Assembly: GCA_051362555.1 (NCBI GenBank)
Contig: CM120649.1
Location: forward strand, 15,948,567-16,012,566
Length of the DNA: 64,000 nt
Direction: 5' to 3'
From: Lingula anatina
Taxonomy: Eukaryota; Animalia; Brachiopoda
Shown: positions 54,669 through 64,000 of the stretch, piece by piece
Position numbering within the stretch: the first letter of the stretch is position 1
How the letters are laid out: the number at the start of each line of letters is the position of its first letter
Notes under the pieces: model-generated
Told to the model about the DNA's origin: nothing
What the model saw: only the letters and a program-made list of their open reading frames with translations
Database searches by the model: none
Program-made: the position numbers and the translations under genes

Positions 54669-57600
54669 TTAGATATCCCACACCGCTGCCACCAGCGCCA
54701 TTAACACCCAAACTCTAACATTACCAACAGGTAAACTTCCTCGGCTCTGCCTCGGAGTTGAGAGCGTGGACGCTCCATGAAATGGCGTCACGGAGCTGTG
54801 GTTCGTGGGGTTCTTCCTGCAGGCAGAGAAGGATCCTGAGCGTATACCCACTGGCCGTCCGGAATTCTCCAACTGCGCGTTTTGCAGAGCATTTTCCATC
54901 CATGCTTGTACTTGGTCGAAAATGTTGCGACCTTCCTCGTAGTCGGCTAGTCCCACTCGAAGAGTGACCATTATTTCAAGGACAAAGGTGATGGACGTGT
55001 TGTCTGCGCCGTGTTTCTGACAGATAAGAATACGTGCCTGCGCAGCTCTTACTACAGCTACCAATCGACCATCTCGTACGATATCTCCACAGCCATCCCT
55101 GGGCGTTGGAACCCAGCCACACGGTTCAAAATGCAAGGAAACGATCGACCGTACTACAGTGAAATTATACATAAGGGGGCGGCAGTCCTGGGCATCCGGA
55201 ACAAAACCAGGGGGGCACACTATCTGTTGATCTACAGGCTGGAAAATGACACGTGTGGAGATGTACATTGTATACACTCACACTGGACAATAGAAGGGTA
55301 ACCCCTTGAATCAGAGTGATCAAAGTTATTAACCTGAAGAGGCTGAATACAAGCAATGTCAGAATATCGATACAGTTGAATTGTTAAGTCAGAACCGTTT
55401 CTTCTGTGAAATTTGATGTTAATAAAATGATACCAGAAGCATATCATTCCACAGTCATTTATCTCCCCCAAAGTATTGGTTCAGTAGGGGTGACACTTCT
55501 ATTGTTCAGTGTGTGTACATGCATGGTTTTACGCCACACGGTTCAGGGCAGCAGTTATAACATCCATAAAGTCGAGAAAAAAATCTGACAATAATTACAT
55601 CAGAATATTAACATGACAAATACGGGAAAGAATTAATAAAGTAATAATTTACAATCTTTTATCTAAATGCAATTTTCATCATCGTCCTCATTATTTATGG
55701 TTATTGCTGTTCTTTTTCTCACCCTAGTCATGACGTCATCACTCTGTTTCCCGTCTTGGTCTCCCAGGTACAATAGGGCGCGGAAAGAAAGACCGAATTG
55801 TCTTTTCGGTGGCGGTGTGAAATTCTGATCTGAATATAACATTTAATTTAGTGAATTAATTAGTGGGCATGTAAGCTTGGCAAACAAGGACAGCTAAGTG
55901 TTAATTGTTCAATCGGCCTAGTAGTTGAAGTTCACACAACTAGATTTATGTGCTTTAGAACCGCGTTTAGATTCAAATATCGTACCATCTGAATCGAGCC
56001 AGTGCAGGGGGGGGGGTATTCTCGTTGATTCAGTGTAATCATCTTGTCTGACACGCCTTGAGTAGCTATTTAATCAGTTAATTACCCCCTAGCAGCTCGA
56101 AAAGGATTTTGAGACATTAAAGCTGATTTTTTTAAATCTGCCAATTGTGACCTAAGATATGGTCATATTTACAGGCGCATTTTACGTCAATGTTTTTGCC
56201 ACAAAACCTAACCAAATGCCACCGTAAGTTTTCAAATAATATAACCAATACAGATGCATGCCAAAGGCCATCGTTTCGTGCTTTTTGGAGTGATTGAGTC
56301 GATTTATCCCTTACCATGTCGATTTTATTTTTGTCGTATGAGAAATTATTAAAAGTTTTTTATGTACGTCACTTTGAATCCACGCTCGTTTAAGTGTAAC
56401 TTAACAGATCCTCGAGCCTAACACTGACTGTTTTTATACAAAACAAGTGTAATACATTAGGGGAGACCGGGGCTAGTTGGAACCCGGGGTAAGTCCCCCC
56501 CTGTCAATTTATGAAAAAGTAACTACGAGGTAAAAAATTGGCCACATACTCTTGTAAAGTGACCGTAGCCTACAATGCTAAGGAAGTGTCGGACGTTAAA
56601 AAGTTTTACTTAAGCTGTGAGTCGAAATAAACGATTTTTGCACCTAAAAGTAATTTTGTTTAAGAGATTAAAAATTTTATTTTCATGGGCTTTTGATCGA
56701 ATATAATATATGTAAAGGGCATCAAACCGAAGCTCATTGTTTCTAGTTTCATTCTAGCACCATAAAGGCTTCCATCCTTTAAAATAAAAAGGGCGCACCC
56801 GGGGCTAGTTGGCCCCCTTGACTAGCGGCAAGTTGGACCCTCACATCACCCACAAACCTTTGCGAGCAAGTTTGTTTGCTGAAACAAACTCAACGGTTTA
56901 AAACTGAATTTGTTACTTTCTTTTAAAACGAAAATTTATTATTCGTTTTCGTTCATTAAAAGCCTGCTTTATACCATTATAAATTTATTCCTAATTAAAG
57001 CAAAACAAATTTTATTGATAGGTATTTTGGTTCTTGCAACACATAGCCCCCCCCCCCCCCCCACACACACACACACAACGTGACGTACGGAAACCTCAAT
57101 ATACCTGCCTAATTTGAACTATTTATTCATTAAAGTCAATTAAAAAAATTAGAAATGTATAAAAATGTATTTCAAGGCGTTTACATGGGATACTTACTTC
57201 ATTTTTGTATAGGGGGCCAACTTGCCCCCACCCTGGGCCCCCCCCTGAAGTCAGCTGCGTTTTTTGTCAAATTGTGAGCCATCTGGCATTATATTAAAAA
57301 AAATAATGACGTTGCATACGTAGCTTAGTTCATGGGGTTTACTTTGTTTTGTTACTCTAACTCATTCCTATTTGGCTCTACCAAGGCCAAAAGTGTCTAA
57401 CTGGGCCAACTAGCCCCGGTCTCCCCTACGCTTAATCCCAAGTTGCAAAAGCTCGTATACTATATATCGGAGTATCCACCACCAGGGCGACAGATTGATT
57501 TTCCACAGATATTCACAGATATGTCTCTAGATAAGTAGACAGTCATTTTGGTCTGATGTCGCTTCAGCCAAAAATGTCCTGCGGCCCTGGTAGAGGGTAA

Positions 57601-59420
57601 TATGGGAGTGGTAATGACTTTCTTCATGTCTCCACAAAAAAATGCAATTTTCTCAGTGATTCATGTCAGGTTTCGGTCAACATACAATCAATGGTTGCTT
57701 TTTCCTGATTATAAATGAAAACTTAGCCTGTAGAAATTTCCCCTACCTTCAGGTATGTATGTAATTTCCACAAAAATAAATTGATTCAAAAGATATCGCA
57801 CAACAAAAAATGAATCTTAGCAATATCAAATACAATTAGCCATTTTTGTGATATTATTGGCGAAATTGAATTACACCATTTATCTAGACAACATATGCAA
57901 AACCTACGCCTCAGGAAAACAAAAATGTCATCCTCATCAAGCGTATTTTATTTCTAAGGTTCCACAATTTCGCGCGCCGAGATTACGAGGGAGGCAAGTA
58001 AGCTTAATGAAAATTATTCACGCCAATAATGTACGGTTCTAATTTTTTTTTACATATGACGTTTCTTATATATTTAAACGTACTACTCACCTTCGCAGAG
58101 TAGAAAATCACCCAGATAACACACCATGCAGTGGAAGTTCTTGTAAGTGTAAGCAACACCGCCAAGGACAACGGGGTTGTTGTACGCCATACAGGCATCT
58201 CGTAAAGCTGAGTGCAGGGGGAGTGGACGAGGTACACGACGCACGCTTCCATTGATAAAACTGAACTTGCAAGGACCGAAGACGTCCCCAACTTCCCTGA
58301 AGCATGTTCTTAAATTCCATTCCGGTTTTGGCTCGAAAATAACATTACTTCCGCTATCGCTTATTTTTTTTAACACGCAATCCGAGGAGCTGCAATTTGC
58401 AAAGAAGTCAAATGGTACGTAGTTAGTGGAATAGACGACGAGTTCCCACGATTCCACGCTGTCCTTGATACCATTACAGGTTGCACAGTACTTGTTTCTG
58501 AAGGTAATCATTGTATCTGGGTCGGTGACTGGCTGGTACAATAGCGCGTCTTCTGTGAGGCTAGTATTTGATATATCAGTGCACTTGATACGACTTTCCT
58601 CTTCCAGCCAAGACGTCGGACACTGGTCCACCATCCAAAAACTTAGTCCAAAATGATCCGCATAGGGTGATGTGGTTTGCCGGTTTCTTCGATATAATGT
58701 TGGACTTCTTCTACAGGAGCTTTTATGTGCCAGAGAAATAGACACATGGTCTACTTGTTTTTTCCCCCGTATCAAAGAAAATGTTTTGTCAGGGGATGGA
58801 GTCGAGGTGGTGTTGTCACTATGAGAATCTGTTGCGTTGGTTCCAGGAACCGTTGCAGATTGCATTGTGTCGTGTGTTCTTCTTAATCTGACAGAGGAAG
58901 CGCAAACAGTCGCATTCTCTGTCACCCCAAAACAGCAGTCATCATACAGGACACACACAGGATCGCAGTAGCAGTGGACCTGGATGCTGGATTTACCTTC
59001 CCTTGCACAGAGCCATCTATACGGCGTCAGAGTCGCGTCTGCGAAAAGAGGGGTTTCACTGGCGTTCTCGGATAGTTCTCGAAATGTATCCTTTTGGCTG
59101 GGGGGCTCTTGTGTGACTTCATTGTGCATTCCACCATTAGTGGTTGGTTTCTCTTGTGTAACGTGCGCGTCGATTCCCCCCTCAGTAGTGGGAGACGACT
59201 TCTGTGTGGTTCCCTCTTGAATTCTACCCTCAGTAATGGGCGCCTTTTTAGTGGTTATCTCTCGCACTCCATCTCCAAGATGTTCTGGGTCCCTCGTCAA
59301 TTCCGCAAGCGTCCAAATCTCAACGTTGGGCGACTTCTGGGCTAACGCGGCAAGTTGACCATTTTCATGGGCAAGCTGAATAAATATCAGCGCGTATAAA
59401 GAAAGGCGGATGATCATCAT
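54669..59420 (-). CDS. Secreted or GPI-anchored somatomedin-B-like domain protein resembling the ectodomain of invertebrate adhesion/Methuselah-like GPCRs, without 7TM; 668 aa
   Basis: Exons 59420-58091 (phase 1), 55829-55723 (phase 1 to 0; DQNFTPPPKRQFGLSFRALLYLG...) and 55238-54669. Signal-like MMIIRLSLYALIFIQLA, Thr/Glu-rich repeats, SMB-like CYCDPVCVLYDDCC, FWMVDQCP..W, PVTD..FRNKYCATCN, YKNFHCMVC, CPPGFVPDAQDCRPL, and hydrophobic C-terminus VWVLMALVAAVWDI*. TATAAA on the - strand at 59483-59488. Confidence 0.8.
56460..57426. mobile_element. Non-autonomous TA-flanked DNA transposon (Tc1/mariner superfamily-like), 967 bp
   Basis: TA|GGGGAGACCGGGGCTAGTTGG ... CCAACTAGCCCCGGTCTCCCC|TA; internal copies of GGGGCTAGTTGG / CCAACTTGCCCC. 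Confidence 0.82.
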
Positions 59421-60504
59421 GTTTTTTAATTCGGAATCTTTGTGCACTCGTTGCAGTGACGCAGTTCAGCGTTTGCTGGTCATTTATACATCTCCCACTC
59501 GTCTTGGAAAAATACGATTTCTAGCCGCTGAGCAAGAAATTACCGAAACACGTCGGTGGCCTTGCATAAGTCTTGAGATATACACTTGAGTAGCGTGCAT
59601 TGAGCGCTGGCAAACAATAATACTTAGAGTCACGGTAAGGCATGCCGTTGTAACCGTCACGCTAATTGGAATAATTAGTTTATTATTTCGAGTAATCCAC
59701 GTCAACAGGAGTTCGTGAGTTGGAGATCACCGCCGTCTTGTTGATCCCCAAGTGTGTTTTTTTTGTATGCATTAGAGATTTCCGGTAGCGAGTGATTAGA
59801 ACCCGGCTCTTTTCATCAACCTTCATACACGGTATGTCTGTGATCATACATGCAACGAAGTAAATAAAAAACACGGCGGACAGTAGACTTGGAACTTAGA
59901 ATCCTGGGACTCTCATTTTCAAAACAGAGAGTTCAGGTTGAAACCAAGAGTCCCACTCATTAATGTATGAATATAGGTGGTTGTGAACCCTAGTAGCATA
60001 TTACATAAAAAGACAAAGATGTCAAACCGCCAGGCATTTACTAACAATGAATATCAATTTCATTCGTTTATTTAGCATTGGTATTGTATAATTTCGAATT
60101 CATAGAATTGACAGGGACTTCTAACATCTGTCTTTTTCCATCAGTTAATTTATAATCAATATTAAATTTTGTCCAAAATAAAATATCAACTTCTAAAAAA
60201 GGATATTTAAAGATATATTGCCTAGTAATGTTTTTCAACTTATTAAGCATTTCATTATAAAGCAGCATTTTATCAATATAAATTAAATGTGGTTTTTTGC
60301 ATTAAAGGGAAGTAAAAAATAAAAATAATTCCTCATTTGAACGAAATTTGTCATAATTCGTTTTCCGTGTGGTTTGGAAAGCCGAAATGCTACCAATGAG
60401 CTCTAGCTCTTTTAACGCTTAGAGTGATGAGTGTCGCTTCATTCATTCATTCATTCAAAAAAAAAAAAAAAAAAAAAAAACATTTACACATGTACATGTA
60501 AACA

Positions 60505-60557
<53 letters not shown>

Positions 60558-60919
60558 AAACAGTATACGTGTTGTTTCTATAAAACGGTGTCTGCTTACT
60601 CGTTTACTTACATGCAAAAAAAAAAAATAGTGTGAGGTGATTTCTTGCTGGGAAGTGTTGTAAAAAAATATTCATCTTGCTACATGAAGGACCTGGGTCC
60701 ACTCTTGTGGGTCCGAACTAGATTTAGCAATCATATACTGGATGGTTTGGTTAAACATTTCTGTTATATTCTGTATAATTGAACTGTCCATTCAGTGTAC
60801 CAATTTATGTGGCGGTATTTCGGCTAATATGGTAATCAGATGGTTACAGTAAAAGAACAATTCATATTTCAGTGCACAGAAATTTTGCTATCAATCATTC
60901 ATACCGCCCTGTCTAATTG

Positions 60920-61190
60920 TCAGTGATATCCGAAAGCAGCATCAAGTTAAAGCCAAGTTGTAAATCAGGAGAGATGTACAAATGTAGAATGGTTACCTAG
61001 TTTTGCATATTGGCCATTAGCAATATGAACTGTTCTCCGAAAGTTTACGCACCAGTTTGTCTATTAGACCGTGGGTGATAAGGCCTTGTCGCTCTCCTCT
61101 CACTCTTGGTTTTACTGCTGATTTCTTCCATGTAACCTACTGTAGAATTCTCTGCCTCGATCAGATATTATTACAGATGGAAATCTAGTA
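60920..61190 (-). pseudogene. Degenerate Gypsy/Ginger-type DDE integrase fragment
   Basis: The - strand reads RFPSVIISDRGREFY, then after a frameshift MEEISSKTKSERRATRPYHPRSNRQTG*, resembling the rve core (SDQGREF...TSPYHPQSNG). Stops and frameshifts are present. Confidence 0.55.
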
Positions 61191-63127
61191 CCAAAATACA
61201 CGAAATACACATTCATTAAAACACGTATCTTTATGCGTGACTTTTATAAGTCAAATGTAATGTAATAAATGTCTCCATTTCCCTGTGGTCCAACGGTTTC
61301 AGCTGTTTCCTTCAGTCAGGTGGACCACCCGTTCCCATGAGTCGGTTTTGGAAAGCTATGTCCTACTTCAAATTTCACTGGTTCACGTGGCCTCCGCCTA
61401 ACTTTTCAACGGTGTGAGAGATGCGTTTAAATGCAACAACGTGGTCTCTCGACAATAGTGTCATTTATAATGTAAACACACCGCAAAATATTTTGTTTAC
61501 ATTGTCTGAAACATCGTTATTATGTTATTTCCACGGCATACAAGTAGCTAGAGATAACATTCCATTACCTTCACAGCTGGTTAAGTGTTGCCTTTCGTTT
61601 TGCCAAGAACGAAAAATGCCAGAGGAGTTTGATTTTATTAAGCCTCCATTCTCTTAATAACTTTTTTTTTGTAAAAAGTCTTCGTTCCGTCACAGAAATA
61701 AACCATGGACAATTTATGTTTTCCTTCTTTCTTTACGTTTGAAAATATCCTTCAAAATTATGTATTTTTGGTATCTATTTTGAAGTCAAAATACGTTTCT
61801 TTAACGTTTTTTATCAATTGTATTGCAGTTACATGTAGTAATTTCCGTACATTTGTGCATGTTGTGAAAAAAATGTAAAGTGTCTTTGAAAGTATTCCGT
61901 AACATTTCGAAAACAACACCCTCAGTTTTTAAAAATTTATTTAGGCGAAGAAGAGATATTGGTTTTTTTTCGCTGTCTAAATAAATTTCATTCTGTAATA
62001 CCAATTAAATAATTGTCGTTCGTAGATAGCTCCAACACCATAGGGGCTCTCGCTGAAAGCAATTAAACACCGTAGCTCATTCAATATCTATCGATATCTT
62101 TATAAATGCTCATTTCGTCAGTTAGGGGATCTCTGCTTCGAGATTAAAAACAGCTTGGTTTCAGGTACTACATATAGTATTTGTGAACGAATTTTAAAAA
62201 TTCACATCAAATATAAAGCTCACCAGCGGTTATAAATGAAGTCAGGGGAGTACGCGAAGATGCTGATTTACGAAAGAAAATCTGCACTTTTTATTAAATT
62301 GACCCTTTTTATCTCACAAAGTGCTCCCTTCAGCATATTTGTTTGTCTTCTGCCTCTCACTTGTCCTCTCACTGTTTATTCATAATCTCATACTTTGTGA
62401 AAATTATAATATAAAACAGCGTGTTTTTATGAAATACTCCTGTTAGTTTTCTAAAAAAAAGAAACTACAGGTACTACTACTACCACTACTACGTAAAGGC
62501 GTCGTTTAAACAACAAAGTGGTTTTATATATACTGACTATTTATATGATAAAAGCTACTGTGCTACCAAACAGAAACTGATCCCTGGTTAAATGAGTTCC
62601 AAGTGATATTAATGAACCTTGGCCATTCAAGTGGCACCGACGTACGTAACCCCGTGACACAGAGACAGACACAACTTGACACATTTCAGGTGGACAAATA
62701 AATACTTTGTGACCATGCGGCCTTTGGCAACTCCTAGAGAAAGATACTTTTTGTGTATTTTGCCTATAGTGTTTGGATTTAATATATCTGTATCCATAAT
62801 CAATTTTCGTCGTCAGTACCTTAACTCTTCGTACCGGTGTAAAAGGAACGGTAGTCCTAGGAATGGAAATCCAGGGTCCCCTATGATTAGTACATGTTAG
62901 GTTAGCTGAAGTATAGGGGTAAGTGTATGGGCAGAATTTCACATTATAAAGTAATGGGGAACGGACTACTGTTCCTAGCGATCTGCCATTCCTGTCACAC
63001 CGGTATGTAATTGTCTTGAACCAGTGACATAGCGTCGTTTACATGCACCTTTCACCTATCAGGCTTAAGATATGAAAGCTTCGGTAATCATATACTATCG
63101 AACTTCTAAAATGAATAAAATGTCATC

Positions 63128-64000
63128 CTAAGGCAACATCCCTTCCAATTTCCTTTTGATTCTTTCGATTTCACCTTTTTCATACGCCACTTGTTTGAAG
63201 TATGCTACATAGAGGGCGATGTTTCCCACCAAAACAGTTCCTATGACAACTCCAAGTACGATTTCATAGACCATAGCGTCCTTCAACTTTTGCAGGTCGG
63301 ATTCCTTTTCACCACTTGGGGTCCAGTACGGATTGTCGCCTTAAATTGTACAATAAAGGCGCTTTAACAGTTATTCTACAATACATTCAAATGACATACT
63401 AGACCATGAGAAGTTTTTTTTAGCTTATTTGCTTTACTATCAAGTATCTAAACCAGACCATGGTTCTAGCATAAATGAGCTAAAATAATCATAAGGGTGA
63501 AGGGTTTCTTGATTTCAAGGGACGTCAGAGTCTCTAACCACAGAGGATTTTATCTGTTTGGTTTGGTTTTATCTTTATCTGAAAAACTTCTAAGGGAAAT
63601 GAAAAAAGAACTGAAACTGAGCACATTGGAAGATGCACTTACCCTTTAGGAACATAAAGGAACCAACTGTCATAAATGGATTGAAGGTTGTAAAGCCAGT
63701 TGTTAAACTCCTAAATTGTGTTGAAGTTGAAGGCAATGAGCTCCTAAAAAACCTGGTAGTTGGGAAAAACGTTCTTGTGGACACTCCTGTAGTTTGAGCT
63801 GAAGTTGAAGGTAATGGGCTCCTAAAAAGCCTGGTAGTTGGAAAAAACGTTCTTGTGAACACTCCTGTACTTTGAGGTGGAGTTGAAGGCAATGGGCTCC
63901 TAAAAAATCTGGTGGTTGGAAGAAACGTTCTTGTGAACACCCCTGTAGTTTGAGGAGGAGTCTGCGTAACCAGTCTTGTAGTCGGAAGAATTGTCTGTCG
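63128..64000 (-). CDS. 3' end of a type I single-pass membrane protein with mucin-like repeats (partial)
   Basis: Exon >64000-63643 is open to the window edge and ends at donor G|gtaagt. It joins in phase 1 to exon 63339-63128: GDNPYWTPSGEKESDLQKLKDAMVYE IVLGVVIGTVLVGNIALYVAYF KQVAYEKGEIERIKRKLEGMLP*. Confidence 0.78.
63700..63960 (-). repeat. Coding tandem repeat, 78 bp / 26 aa, about 3.3 copies
   Basis: PQ(T/S)TGVFTRTF(F/L)PTTR(F/L)FRSPLPST units. Confidence 0.9.

Noticed and set aside
55232-55345. Apparent frameshift (SFSSL*/VDQQIVCPPG) suggesting the SMB-like gene is a pseudogene
   Set aside because: Exon 55829-55723 supplies the phase 1-to-0 bridge and the real SFRALL motif, so the gene is intact using the acceptor at 55238.
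62541-62942. 133-aa - strand ORF
   Set aside because: It has a GTG start and no recognisable motifs or splice context, and lies just 3' of the stop at 63128, so it is probably UTR.

Overview
AT-rich metazoan genomic DNA with GT-AG introns, microsatellites and many non-autonomous DNA transposons. The gene and repeat content suggests a lophotrochozoan, most likely a mollusc (inference). Splicing exons by hand with phase checks gives six genes. (1) A 5'-truncated uncharacterised + strand membrane protein of at least 1411 aa (1597-17370), with a Cys-rich glycosylated ectodomain, five predicted TM segments and a C-terminal PDZ-type motif. (2) TMLHE, - strand (20579-23594). (3) A TSPAN6/7-type tetraspanin, + strand (26144-42728), head-to-head with TMLHE. 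(4) A complete 164-aa mytimycin/Diedel-like 12-Cys peptide precursor with two EF-hands, - strand (46845-48865). The ORF track misses it, and a triple-octamer promoter lies upstream. (5) A 668-aa somatomedin-B-like, adhesion-GPCR-type ectodomain protein with no 7TM region and a GPI-like tail, - strand (54669-59420). (6) The 3' end of a type I membrane protein with Phe/Arg-rich mucin-like repeats, - strand (63128-64000). Mobile DNA includes a Helentron/HINE carrying a 146-bp satellite array, hAT-like, Harbinger-like, piggyBac-like and TA-flanked MITEs, a solo LTR nested in a MITE, a Crypton-like hairpin element and an integrase relic. All gene models and family assignments were made by eye; no database searches were run.
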